Shown here piece by piece: positions 19,174 to 29,361 of a stretch of 64,000 bases of DNA; the first letter of the stretch is position 1; every line of letters begins with the position of its first letter. The DNA lies in NCBI GenBank assembly GCA_046302715.1, contig JBKCHQ010000106.1:2091-66090 (forward strand), written 5' to 3'. This DNA comes from Bacteroidia bacterium. GTDB lineage: Bacteria; Bacteroidota; Bacteroidia; M30B66. The translations under genes were made by a program, and so were the position numbers. The notes below the pieces were generated by a model. The model searched no databases and was not told the DNA's origin. It saw only the letters and a list, made by a program, of their open reading frames with translations.

Positions 19174-20478
19174 ATGAAATATTTCATTCGAATGTGGAAA
19201 GAAAGAAAGTTGGAAATTTTCATCTTTCTATTTTTTACAATGCTTTATTCCATTATAGTATTAAAAACTCAGAGCAATGCTTTAATTGGCGACGAGAACA
19301 GGTATATAGCTCATGCAAAGTGTATTCTCGAAGGCAGATGGACGCCAGAGGATGATGCGATGTGGTTGTGGAATGGCCCGGGTTACCCAATGCTTATTTC
19401 GGGCTTTATGTTAATTTTCAAAGATTTCATTACGCCGGTTAGGCTATTCAATGCATTGTTACTATCCGCTTCAATTGTATTGTTTTATAAAACCGTTTTA
19501 TTGGGGAACCGTAAGAAATGGGCATTCTTATTTACGTCTCTTTTTGCGTTTTATGTGTTGATTTGGAAGAGTTTGCCTTACCTGCTGACCGAAATACTCA
19601 CAATTTTTCTATTGTGTCTTCTTATGTATCAATTCGCCAACTTTAAAAATACACTGCAAAAGTGGCTTTTAGCGGGTCTGACTATCGGTTTTTTATGCAT
19701 GGTTAAATTTGTTTTTGGTTATATAATTTTGTTAATACTGGGAATTTCTGCTGTTTATTATTACTTCAGCCGTAAAGACTCGGCTCGTTTCATCAGAAAT
19801 TCGTTTTTGATGGGTTTTGTTTTTTGTACACCTTGGCTTACCTACACATATGCCTTAACCGGTAAATTTTTGTATTGGGGGGCATCGGGGGGCACCACCA
19901 TTTATTGGATGTCGAACCCAACTCCCCATGAGTATGGCGAATGGATGAATTTTGCGTTTAACTCTTCACTGGGCGTAAAGGGAGCCGAGGAGGGTTATTT
20001 GGCAAGCCATGGGGCAGAAATAAAGCGAATTACTCAAAATTTCCGTCGGGTAGAGCGCGACACAGAATTTAAGAGGGTGGCCATTGAAAATATTAAAAAG
20101 CACCCCAAAAAATACTTGCAAAATGTATGGTGCAACGTAGGTCGCTATTTTTTCAATTATCCGTTCTCTTACTATCCCCAGCAACCCTCCACACTGGTTA
20201 ATGTTTTTATTAATGGTCCAATTTTAGGATTACTTCTTTTATTGTTGATTCCCAGTTTTCGGCGATTTAATGAATTGCCTGCCCATATTCAACTGGGCTT
20301 AATCTTATTTATTATTTACACGGGTGTTTCGATTTTGGTGAGTTCCTATATCCGTATGTTTTATGTTTTCATTCCCATCTTGTTTCTATGGTTTGCATTT
20401 ATGCTGGATAAGGTGAAATTTCAGTGGCCCAGTACTTCCGCTTTTTCGACAAGTGGCAAACCTTCATCTGAAAATTAG
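19174..20478 (+). CDS. GT39/ArnT-like membrane glycosyltransferase (polyprenyl-phosphate-sugar dependent)
   Basis: 434 aa and polytopic. The first periplasmic loop carries a DE-containing motif (IGDENRY) typical of PMT/ArnT-type transferases. Confidence 0.55.
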   Translation: MKYFIRMWKERKLEIFIFLFFTMLYSIIVLKTQSNALIGDENRYIAHAKCILEGRWTPEDDAMWLWNGPGYPMLISGFMLIFKDFITPVRLFNALLLSASIVLFYKTVLLGNRKKWAFLFTSLFAFYVLIWKSLPYLLTEILTIFLLCLLMYQFANFKNTLQKWLLAGLTIGFLCMVKFVFGYIILLILGISAVYYYFSRKDSARFIRNSFLMGFVFCTPWLTYTYALTGKFLYWGASGGTTIYWMSNPTPHEYGEWMNFAFNSSLGVKGAEEGYLASHGAEIKRITQNFRRVERDTEFKRVAIENIKKHPKKYLQNVWCNVGRYFFNYPFSYYPQQPSTLVNVFINGPILGLLLLLLIPSFRRFNELPAHIQLGLILFIIYTGVSILVSSYIRMFYVFIPILFLWFAFMLDKVKFQWPSTSAFSTSGKPSSEN

Positions 20479-20505
20479 CATTTCTGATGAAATGCGAAAT
20501 CGTAT

Positions 20506-21438
20506 TTATTTCAAAAATTGTATGGTCCGCTTCAGTCCATCAAAACCTGCTCGCTCCACAGCCGATTTACCAAGAACCTTTGTAAAAACGTCATAACTTA
20601 AGTCTTCCCAATCCTCCTTCGTAAGATTTAGCAAATCAGGGTGTGGTTCAAATAACGGCTCATGGTGCTTTTCAGCGAAACGATTCCAGGGACATACCTC
20701 CTGGCAAACATCGCAACCAAACATCCAGTTGTCCATTTTACGTTGAAACGAATCTGCTATGGCATCGCGTAATTCAATGGTTAGGTATGAAATACACTTG
20801 TTGGCATCAATTGTATAAGGTGTTAGTGCTTCCGTTGGGCAGGCGTCAATGCAACGTGTACACGATCCACAATAGTCTTTAATCGGACCATCTGCTTGTA
20901 AGTCCAAGTCAATTATTAATTCGGCGATAAAAAACCACGATCCCGCCTGGGGGCGTATCACATTGGTATTCTTGCCCATCCATCCCGCTCCAGATCTCAC
21001 GGCCCATGCTTTATCCATAACCGGCGCCGAATCAACAAATGCACGTCCTGCAATAGAACCGAATTGATTGCTCAAGCGGTTCATCAAATCAAAAAGCTTA
21101 CTTTTTATCACCTTATGGTAATCTTCGCCGTACGCATACCGCGATATTTTAGGTGACTCAGGGTCTTTTTGTTTTTCCGGTGTGTAATAATTGAATAATA
21201 GAGTAATTACCGACTTGGCGCCTTCTACCAATAAGGTGGGATTGATGCGCTTATCAAAGTAATTTTCCATGTAGCGCATTTTTCCATGCATGCCCTTATT
21301 TAGCCACTGTTCCAATTTTCGGGCTTCATCATCAAGAGGTCCTGCCTTAGATATACCGCAGTACATGAATCCAAATTCTGCGGCAAGGTTCTTTATAACA
21401 TGGGCTCTTTCGTGCGCAAGCAATTCGGCCTGAGTCAT
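20506..21438 (-). CDS. queG: tRNA epoxyqueuosine reductase QueG
   Basis: 4Fe-4S ferredoxin motifs CGSCTRCIDACP and CDVCQEVCP, with the cobalamin-binding region of the QueG family. Confidence 0.85.
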   Translation of the reverse strand: MTQAELLAHERAHVIKNLAAEFGFMYCGISKAGPLDDEARKLEQWLNKGMHGKMRYMENYFDKRINPTLLVEGAKSVITLLFNYYTPEKQKDPESPKISRYAYGEDYHKVIKSKLFDLMNRLSNQFGSIAGRAFVDSAPVMDKAWAVRSGAGWMGKNTNVIRPQAGSWFFIAELIIDLDLQADGPIKDYCGSCTRCIDACPTEALTPYTIDANKCISYLTIELRDAIADSFQRKMDNWMFGCDVCQEVCPWNRFAEKHHEPLFEPHPDLLNLTKEDWEDLSYDVFTKVLGKSAVERAGFDGLKRTIQFLK

Positions 21439-21447
21439 TTCGATGAT

Positions 21448-22485
21448 TTACAAGTCACTATCACTGAAGAGCCCTCCCTGTTTTTGAGGACTAATGAACC
21501 CCAGATGACGATAGGCTAGGGGGGTAACCTCGCGCCCTCTTGGTGTGCGCATCAAAAAACCTTCCTGTATAAGATAGGGTTCATACACTTCTTCAATCGT
21601 TTCGGAATCCTCTCCGCAGGCAGTAGCAATGGTGTTTACGCCCACAGGTCCACCTTTAAATTTTTGAATGATAGTAGTTAGGATGCGATTATCCATTTCG
21701 TCCAGGCCGAAGCGGTCAACATTTAAGGCATCGAGCGCGATACAGGTAATATCTTTATCAATAGAACCGTTACCTTTTACCATGGCAAAATCGCGCACAC
21801 GTCGTAATAAGGCGTTAGCAATTCGAGGAGTGCCTCGGCTGCGGACAGCAATTTCTCTGGCAGCATCGCCATCAATAGCTATTTTCAGAATTTCGGCCGA
21901 TCGTTTTATAATTTTTGCCAGCAACGTTGCATCGTAATACGAAAGGCGTGAATTAATGCCAAATCTCGCGCGAAGTGGCGATGTAAGTAGGCCCGATCTT
22001 GTAGTGGCTCCTACAAGTGTAAATGGGTTTAAATTAATCTGAATAGCACGAGCATTGGGGCCACTCTCAATCATGATATCAATGCGATAGTCCTCCATTG
22101 CGGAATATAGGTATTCCTCTACAACTGGACTTAACCTGTGTATTTCGTCGATAAATAATACGTCGTTGGCTTCGAGTCCGGTAAGCAGGCCTGCCAGGTC
22201 GCCCGGTTTATCGAGCACAGGCCCCGAGGTTATTTTTATTCCTACTCCCAGCTCGTTGGCAATGATATTGGCAAGCGTAGTTTTACCTAAGCCTGGCGGG
22301 CCATGTAACAATACGTGGTCAAGTGCTTCGTCGCGAAGCCTCGCTGCCTCAACAAAAATTTTAAGGTTTTCAAGTATTTGATCCTGTCCGCTAAAATCTT
22401 CGAAAGCAAGTGGCCGCAAAGCCTTTTCAAGCTCTTTTTCTTTTGGAGTTAAATTTTCGTTTTCAGGATTTAAATGCGGATTCAT
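21448..22485 (-). CDS. ruvB: Holliday junction branch migration ATPase RuvB
   Basis: Walker [10 protein letters not shown] and Walker [10 protein letters not shown], with the RuvB winged-helix C-terminus. Start chosen at MNPHLNPEN because the longer ORF would run into the cox terminator. Confidence 0.9.
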   Translation of the reverse strand: MNPHLNPENENLTPKEKELEKALRPLAFEDFSGQDQILENLKIFVEAARLRDEALDHVLLHGPPGLGKTTLANIIANELGVGIKITSGPVLDKPGDLAGLLTGLEANDVLFIDEIHRLSPVVEEYLYSAMEDYRIDIMIESGPNARAIQINLNPFTLVGATTRSGLLTSPLRARFGINSRLSYYDATLLAKIIKRSAEILKIAIDGDAAREIAVRSRGTPRIANALLRRVRDFAMVKGNGSIDKDITCIALDALNVDRFGLDEMDNRILTTIIQKFKGGPVGVNTIATACGEDSETIEEVYEPYLIQEGFLMRTPRGREVTPLAYRHLGFISPQKQGGLFSDSDL

Positions 22486-22510
22486 AGCGTAATAAAGGTA
22501 GTCGATGCAA

Positions 22511-22545
22511 AGCAAAAAAAAACGCCTCCATAAAGAGGCGTTTTT
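22511..22545 (-). terminator. rho-independent terminator downstream of coxA (hairpin AAAACGCCTC-N6-GAGGCGTTTT plus U-run on the minus strand)
   Basis: Perfect 10-bp inverted repeat followed by a T-run on the minus strand, about 20 nt after the coxA stop. Confidence 0.6.
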
Positions 22546-22561
22546 ACAATTTTTTCAACGC

Positions 22562-24412
22562 TTAATGATGGCCTTCTGCCATTTCTTTTTCAGTTAAAGG
22601 CACTGTTTGGGGCACAAAGTCTTCTTCGCGCTCGGGGCGGCTATAATCGTAAGCCCAACGATGCACTTCAGGAATTTCTCCAGGCCAGTTACCGTGAATA
22701 TGCTCCACAGGTGCTGTCCACTCGAGTGTATTCGATTTCCAAGGATTTTGTGTAGCTTTTTGTCCTTTGAAAATACTAAAGAAGAAATTAAAAAGGAATA
22801 TTACTTGTGCACAGCCAGCAAGAATGGCAAACCAGGTAACCATAACATTAATATCCACCAAATCATTGAATAATGGGAACTCAGTATTTGAATAATAACG
22901 GCGAGGTACGCCTGCCATACCTAAAAAGTGCATAGGGAAGAATACACCATAAGCCCCGGCAAAAGTGAGCCAGAAATGCGCATATCCCATTTTTTTATTC
23001 ATAACACGTCCGAATAGTCTCGGAAACCAATGATACACACCCGCAAACATTCCAAATATTGCAGCTGAACCCATCACAAGGTGGAAGTGTGCTACAACAA
23101 AATAGGTGTCATGCAGATTGATATCTAGTGCAGAGTCTCCCAATATTAAACCGGTTACACCACCCGAAATAAAGAACGATACCAATCCAATGGCAAAAAG
23201 CATCGCTGGTGTAAATTGTATGTTACCTTTCCACAATGTGGTGATGTAATTAAAAGCCTTAACTGCAGAAGGGATGGCAATTAAAAGTGTGGTAAATACG
23301 AAAACCGATCCTAAGAATGGATTCATACCCGTAATAAACATGTGGTGCCCCCATACGATAAAGGAGAGGAATGCAATACCTAAAATTGAGGCAATCATAG
23401 CACGGTATCCGAAAATTGGCTTACGAGCGTTTGTTGCGATAACCTCAGAGGTGATTCCTAACGCAGGAAGCAAAACAATGTATACTTCAGGATGGCCAAG
23501 GAACCAAAATAAGTGCTCATATAAAATTGGACTTCCACCATCGTATTCCAGCGCTTTGCCAGCAATATAAATATCGCTTAAATAAAAACTGGTTCCAAAA
23601 CTGCGATCAAAAATTAGTAGCAGTGCAGCAGCGAATAATACTGGGAACGACAGCACCCCAAGAATAGCAGTTACTAGAAATGCCCAAATGGTAAGAGGTA
23701 ATCGGGTCATCGACATCCCTTTAGTACGGAGATTGATAACGGTAACTATGTAGTTAAGTGAGCCTAATAAAGAAGACACAATAAATAACGACATCGAAAC
23801 TAACCATAATGTCATTCCTAAGCCAGAACCTGGCATAGCATCAGGCAATGCACTCAATGGCGGATACACTGTCCAACCTCCTGAGGCCGGGCCACCTTCA
23901 ATTCCTAATGAAAATAACATTACTACACTTGATGCAAAAAAGAACCAAAATGAAAGCATGTTCAAAAATCCAGAAGCCATATCACGTGCTCCAATTTGTA
24001 AGGGGATTAGAAGGTTCGAGAATGTTCCCGATAATCCACCTGTTAATACGAAGAATACCATTATAGTACCGTGTATAGTTACAAGCGCCAAATAAAAATT
24101 AGGATCAAGTACACCACCCGGAGCCCATTTACCTAAGATTGGCTCAAGAATGGGGAAGCTTTTTCCAGGCCATGCGAGTTGTAAACGAAATACTAACGAC
24201 ATGAGCATGGCAAGTACGCCCATAAATACTGCAGTTATAAGAAACTGCTTAGAAATCATTTTGTGATCTTGAGAAAATACATACTTGGTCAGGAAGGTAT
24301 CGTGATGCTCTTCATCATGATCGTGTTCGTGACTGTGTGCATGCTCATGACCGTGCACTAATTCTTCTGCTGCCTGTTCAGCGTGTAAGTTGTTTGTTTC
24401 CATTGCTGACAT
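22562..24412 (-). CDS. ctaD: cytochrome c oxidase subunit I (caa3-type) with His-rich N-terminal extension
   Basis: Twelve-helix core with the conserved YVFSQDHK start, heme and CuB His ligands (HGTIMVFF, WGHHMF). The N-terminus contains HGHEHAHSHEHDHDEEHHD. Confidence 0.9.
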   Translation of the reverse strand: MSAMETNNLHAEQAAEELVHGHEHAHSHEHDHDEEHHDTFLTKYVFSQDHKMISKQFLITAVFMGVLAMLMSLVFRLQLAWPGKSFPILEPILGKWAPGGVLDPNFYLALVTIHGTIMVFFVLTGGLSGTFSNLLIPLQIGARDMASGFLNMLSFWFFFASSVVMLFSLGIEGGPASGGWTVYPPLSALPDAMPGSGLGMTLWLVSMSLFIVSSLLGSLNYIVTVINLRTKGMSMTRLPLTIWAFLVTAILGVLSFPVLFAAALLLIFDRSFGTSFYLSDIYIAGKALEYDGGSPILYEHLFWFLGHPEVYIVLLPALGITSEVIATNARKPIFGYRAMIASILGIAFLSFIVWGHHMFITGMNPFLGSVFVFTTLLIAIPSAVKAFNYITTLWKGNIQFTPAMLFAIGLVSFFISGGVTGLILGDSALDINLHDTYFVVAHFHLVMGSAAIFGMFAGVYHWFPRLFGRVMNKKMGYAHFWLTFAGAYGVFFPMHFLGMAGVPRRYYSNTEFPLFNDLVDINVMVTWFAILAGCAQVIFLFNFFFSIFKGQKATQNPWKSNTLEWTAPVEHIHGNWPGEIPEVHRWAYDYSRPEREEDFVPQTVPLTEKEMAEGHH

Positions 24413-24444
24413 ATCTACCTCGTTTTTATTATTTAGTGTAACAA

Positions 24445-25470
24445 TTACTTAAGCTCTGTGTTCTGATTTAAGCTACTATTTTCCGCAGTCTGTTTCGCTT
24501 CAGATTTTTTTTGAGCCCAGGTTTTCTGCTCTGAAAGCCATTTGTTATATTCTTCCTTCGTTTCAACTATGATATCCATCTGCATATTGAAGTGTGATGC
24601 TCCGCAGATTTTATTGCAAAGCAACACATAATTGAATTTAGGATTCTTCAATTTGCTGCGCATTTCAGCAGTGGTAATTGTTGGAGTAAATTCAAACATG
24701 GTTTCCATGCCAGGCACACAGTTCATTTGAGCCCTGAAATGCGGCATGTACGCACTATGTATAACATCACGAGATCGAAATTTGAATTGCACAGGTTGTC
24801 CTTTAACCAAGTGTAATTCTCCTTTTACAATAACGTCGTCGTTAGACTTTACATCATCTATCAGACCTAAATCGTTTCCTTCACCAATAGTTCTAAAATC
24901 ATAAGCACCAAGTTTATTGTCATTACCCGCATAGCGGGCAGTCCAATCAAATTGCTTGGAATATAACTCCACCACCATTGCATTTTTATCGCCTGGATAA
25001 ATTACATCGTTCCATACGGTTAATCCGTAAGCAATAAGGCCGGTAAGTACAATAGCAGGTATAACCGTCCAGATTAATTCGAGTTTGTTGCTATGTGCAA
25101 AGTGTACCGCACGATTTCCCTTTTTACCTGCGTACTTGTAGGTTTGGTAAATCATGATGATATGAGTCCCAACAAAAACAATGGTAATAAGTGCTAATGT
25201 GACATTAAAAAGTTTGTCAATTTCAGGGCCATGTGCAGAGGCTGCCTCAGGTAAAATTTTGTCTTTGTACGCAAATAACTGCCAAATACAAAACACAAAA
25301 AATGCAGTAAGGAAATACACCCACATATTACCTTGGTTGCGATTGTCGGAGTCGGTAATGGTTTCATCGCTCCTTTTATCTCTAAGTTCGGCCGATAGCG
25401 CAGCAATACTCATTACACGCACAACGGTAAGAACAAACAAAACAATTACGGCTAAAATCAAGTAAGTCAT
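24445..25470 (-). CDS. coxB: cytochrome c oxidase subunit II
   Basis: Two N-terminal transmembrane helices and the CuA motif CNKICGASHFNM. Confidence 0.85.
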   Translation of the reverse strand: MTYLILAVIVLFVLTVVRVMSIAALSAELRDKRSDETITDSDNRNQGNMWVYFLTAFFVFCIWQLFAYKDKILPEAASAHGPEIDKLFNVTLALITIVFVGTHIIMIYQTYKYAGKKGNRAVHFAHSNKLELIWTVIPAIVLTGLIAYGLTVWNDVIYPGDKNAMVVELYSKQFDWTARYAGNDNKLGAYDFRTIGEGNDLGLIDDVKSNDDVIVKGELHLVKGQPVQFKFRSRDVIHSAYMPHFRAQMNCVPGMETMFEFTPTITTAEMRSKLKNPKFNYVLLCNKICGASHFNMQMDIIVETKEEYNKWLSEQKTWAQKKSEAKQTAENSSLNQNTELK

Positions 25471-25502
25471 ATAAAAGGTCGGCTCGTTAAAATCTTAAAA
25501 AG

Positions 25503-26684
25503 TTAAATATGGTGATGCACACTTTCTTGGTAGAAAACGTGATTTGGATTATTGACTGGCTTACTCGCCAATCGTGAGAAAACTACATAGCAAAACAAAC
25601 CAATAAAACCAAGCATGGTCCCGATTTCCATCCATCCAAGGTGCCAATGATCTTTCAAAACACCAGGCGTGATCATTACAAAATTGTCGCTCCAGTGTCC
25701 GATTAAAATTACCACTCCCACTACTTTTAAAAGTCCATAGGTTCTTTTTGAACCTCGCTTCATTAAAACCAAGAATGGGAAGAAAAAGTTCAGTACGAGA
25801 TTAAATATAAATAAGAACTTATAATTCTCGAAACGGTCCATGAAGTAGGTTACTTCCTCAGGAATATTGGAATACCAAATGAGCATAAACTGCGAAAACC
25901 ATAAATACGTCCAAAAAACCGAGAATGCAAACATGAACTTTCCTAAGTCATGAATATGGTTATCGTTTACTTCAGGTAGAAGTCCTTTTGATTTTAGGTG
26001 CAATACAATCAAAGTGATGGTAGTTATTGCACTAACAAAGAACCCTGCAAAAGTGTACCATCCGAATAACGTAGAGAACCAGTGGGTATCAATGGACATA
26101 ATCCAATCCCATGCTGAGGTTGATGATGTTACGGCAAAAAATACTAAAAACCACGCGGCTAAACTTTGACTGCGTTTCCAGTTTTGATAATCATAACCTT
26201 GCATTTCCAATTCAGAACGTTTCATAAATGCTCTGAAAAATAGTATCCAGCCAGCCAAATAAACAATAGTGCGGATAATATAGAAAACCGGATTCAAAAA
26301 AGCAGCTTTACCCGCAATGATGGCATCATAATGTTCGCTTTTAGGGTCGTGAACATGAGGATCGGCCCAATGGTAAATATGATTAACGTGGAGGGCTGAT
26401 AATATAACAACTACTCCAAATATTGCTGCACCAACTGGTAAAAAACTGGCAACTGCTTCCATTGGGCGTTTCACAGTTGCCGACCAACCAGCTTCAGCTG
26501 CATATTGAACGGCCATAAAAAACAAGGCTCCTAAACCCAATGCCATGAAGAAAAATGAATTATGTAGGAGTGTAGGCCATGCCCTATGAGAGTCCACGAT
26601 GAAGCCGCTTACTATCGTCAGCAAACCAACGCCCATGAGAACCATACATATTTTCTTAAACGAGTCTGAAAAGGTGTAATTCAT
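25503..26684 (-). CDS. actF: alternative complex III subunit ActF (NrfD-like membrane subunit)
   Basis: 393-aa polytopic protein. Sits between actE and coxB as in Bacteroidota ACIII-caa3 operons. Confidence 0.65.
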   Translation of the reverse strand: MNYTFSDSFKKICMVLMGVGLLTIVSGFIVDSHRAWPTLLHNSFFFMALGLGALFFMAVQYAAEAGWSATVKRPMEAVASFLPVGAAIFGVVVILSALHVNHIYHWADPHVHDPKSEHYDAIIAGKAAFLNPVFYIIRTIVYLAGWILFFRAFMKRSELEMQGYDYQNWKRSQSLAAWFLVFFAVTSSTSAWDWIMSIDTHWFSTLFGWYTFAGFFVSAITTITLIVLHLKSKGLLPEVNDNHIHDLGKFMFAFSVFWTYLWFSQFMLIWYSNIPEEVTYFMDRFENYKFLFIFNLVLNFFFPFLVLMKRGSKRTYGLLKVVGVVILIGHWSDNFVMITPGVLKDHWHLGWMEIGTMLGFIGLFCYVVFSRLASKPVNNPNHVFYQESVHHHI

Positions 26685-26714
26685 TGTATTTGAATTGAAT
26701 TGTCCTTGTTTAAA

Positions 26715-27407
26715 TTATTTATCTTTCTTTGTTTTAGCTGGTTTCTCTTTCGTTGCAGCCAATGAATCTGATTTTACTGCCGAGGAATCTGTTGAAGCGC
26801 TTAAGCTTGTTCCGAGTCCTTCGGCTCTCAATTTTTTCACATATTGAATAACTGCCCAGCGCTCTCCAAAATTAATTTGCGATGCATGACTGCCCATCAT
26901 ATTTTTCCCATAATAGATGGTATGATACATTTTACCTTCCGGCAAATCTTTAAGTGCGGCACTGTAGTATGATGGCACGCCAGCAAATTTATCTCGTTGA
27001 ACAAGAGTACCGTTACCATCCCCTTTTTCGCCATGGCAGTGTATGCAAAAATTTGAATATACTGTCTTGCCTTTTTCAAGGATGGCTTCGGTGGCTTGAT
27101 ATTGCGAAGGAGCTTTTACATTTTGACCGGCAGCTTCGTAGCCTTCATTAGTGTTGGGATAAAGATATTGCTCGTGGTAAGGCAATGTTTCTTCATTGAA
27201 GCGCGGAACGGTTCCTGCTACAGGTTTCATCGAACTACCTTCCTTGCTAAAAGGACTTTCACCATAAGCTTCATAGGCCGTTCCTCTGTACATATCGGGC
27301 ATGTACTCAAGTCCCGGACTCAGCGGATTTGATGTGCACGATTCCATCACGGCCGCCAACATTATAAGTCCGGCAGCACTTAAAATCAGATATTGGGATG
27401 TTCTCAT
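26715..27407 (-). CDS. actE: alternative complex III subunit ActE (monoheme cytochrome c lipoprotein)
   Basis: Lipobox (AAVMESC) and a single CIHCHG heme-binding motif. Confidence 0.7.
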   Translation of the reverse strand: MRTSQYLILSAAGLIMLAAVMESCTSNPLSPGLEYMPDMYRGTAYEAYGESPFSKEGSSMKPVAGTVPRFNEETLPYHEQYLYPNTNEGYEAAGQNVKAPSQYQATEAILEKGKTVYSNFCIHCHGEKGDGNGTLVQRDKFAGVPSYYSAALKDLPEGKMYHTIYYGKNMMGSHASQINFGERWAVIQYVKKLRAEGLGTSLSASTDSSAVKSDSLAATKEKPAKTKKDK

Positions 27408-27416
27408 CAGATGCGA

Positions 27417-27953
27417 TTATTTCAAATCTTTTTGGTTAATTTCAAGAGCTCCGGTGCTGCGTAGGGTTGATATTATTTCATCATGACTCACTCGCTTGTT
27501 ATCTGCAGTTTGAATTTCCATAATGAATTTATCGTCGGTCGAACGTGGGTCTGGATTATGAGCTTTTCTCCCTGGATAAATTTTATTTACCAGTAAGTAG
27601 CTAAGTACCATACCATGTGCTGCACAAAAAACGGTTAATTCGAAAGTAACCGGAACAAATGCCGGCATGTTTAAATACCAGGCAAAGCTAGGCTTACCTC
27701 CTATGTTCATGGGCCAGTCATGGATCATCATATACCATGTCATTAATACTGCCATCGAGGTGCCAAACATCCCGTAAAAGAAGGCTGCATTTGATAAGCG
27801 GGTGGGTTTAATCCCAATTACTGGGTCAAGTCCGTGAATTGGGAATGGTGAAAATACATCCTTTATTTTCACTCCTTTTCCTCTTAATGCTTTAGCGCTG
27901 GAAATTAAAATTTCCTCATCGTCAAAAACGCCGTATATAACTTGTTTGCTCAT
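27417..27953 (-). CDS. actD: alternative complex III subunit ActD
   Basis: 178 aa with one transmembrane helix, positioned between actC and actE. Confidence 0.6.
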   Translation of the reverse strand: MSKQVIYGVFDDEEILISSAKALRGKGVKIKDVFSPFPIHGLDPVIGIKPTRLSNAAFFYGMFGTSMAVLMTWYMMIHDWPMNIGGKPSFAWYLNMPAFVPVTFELTVFCAAHGMVLSYLLVNKIYPGRKAHNPDPRSTDDKFIMEIQTADNKRVSHDEIISTLRSTGALEINQKDLK

Positions 27954-27959
27954 GATCGA

Positions 27960-29336
27960 TTAGTGATGCGGTGGTTTGGGATTTTCACTGGTAGATTTTA
28001 GAATAGTCTTCAATTCGTTCAATGCAATAACAGGGAACGTACGAGAGAATATCAAGAATAAAGTGAAGAAAATACCTATAGTTCCTATGAAAATTCCGAT
28101 ATCTACAAAAGTAGGGTGGAACATTGTCCAACTTGAAGGCAGGTAGTCACGGTGAAGTGATGTTACGATAATCACGAAGCGCTCGAACCACATCCCAATA
28201 TTTACAAAAATTGAAATAATAAAGGTGGCAAGTAGGCTTTTTCTGATCTTTTTAAACCAGAATAACTGCGGTGTGATTACGTTACACGTCATCATTGACC
28301 AATACGACCACAAATATGGTCCTGTGGCTCGTTTTAGAAATGCATATTGTTAATATTCAACTCCCGAGTACCAAGAGACAAACAACTCGGTCAAATAAGC
28401 AACACCCACTATAGATCCTGTTATGATAATGATTTTATTCATTGATTCCACGTGGGTAATGGTGATGTAATCTTCCAAATTACACACTTTACGCATGATA
28501 ATAAGAAGCGTAAGTACCATTGCAAATCCAGAGAAAATGGCCCCTGCAACGAAATACGGTGGAAAAATTGTAGTATGCCAGCCCGGTATTACTGAAGTAG
28601 CAAAGTCCATAGATACGATGGTGTGAACCGAAAGTACTAGTGGTGTTGAAAGACCCGCAAGTACTAAAGATACTTCTTCGAATCGTGACCATTGTTTAGC
28701 AGATCCTGACCATCCAAAGGAAAGAATACTGTAAATTTTACGTAATCTTGGTTTGGTTTGGCGATCACGAATAGTAGCAAAATCAGGTATTAATCCTGTA
28801 TACCAGAATACAAGTGATACGGTAAAATAGGTCGAAATCGCAAATACGTCCCAAAGAAGAGGTGAATTAAAGTTAACCCACAATGACCCGAATTGATTTG
28901 GAAGTGGCAATACCCAGTATGCCATCCATACGCGACCCATGTGCATTACAGGAAACAGCGCCGCACAGATCACCGCGAAAATGGTCATGGCCTCGGCCGA
29001 ACGGTTAATAGACATTCTCCACCGCTGACGGAAAAGCAAAAGAATAGCAGAAATGAGTGTACCGGCGTGACCTATACCTACCCACCATACGAAATTGGTG
29101 ATGTCCCATGCCCACCCTACTGTCTTATTTAATCCCCAAACCCCTATACCTGTGCCTATCGTATAGGCAAAGCAGGCTACGCCCCACAAGGCAAGTAATG
29201 CAGAAATGGTAAATACCACTTTAAACATTCCGTTAGCTTTACCTTCAACAGGTCTGGAAATGTCTTCTGTAATCTGATGGTAGGTTTTAGTTCCTAAAAT
29301 CAGTGGCTCTCTAACCGATGGTGTATGATGTGCCAT
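27960..29336 (-). pseudogene. actC: alternative complex III subunit ActC (NrfD/PsrC-like quinol-binding membrane subunit) interrupted by one in-frame TAA at 28350..28352
   Basis: ORFs 28350..29336 and 27960..28313 share one frame on the minus strand. They are separated by a single stop and 12 sense codons. Together (328 + 12 + 117 aa) they match the expected ~450-aa ActC, with the WFERF segment in the downstream piece. Confidence 0.55.
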
Positions 29337-29361
29337 AAAACGTTATATCGATTGTATTTCG

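Noticed and set aside
22486-22515. Longer RuvB N-terminus starting at 22515 ([11 protein letters not shown]...)
   Set aside because: The extension would bring the ruvB start to within a few nt of the coxA terminator hairpin (22511..22545) and is not RuvB-like. The internal Met at 22485 gives the conserved RuvB start.
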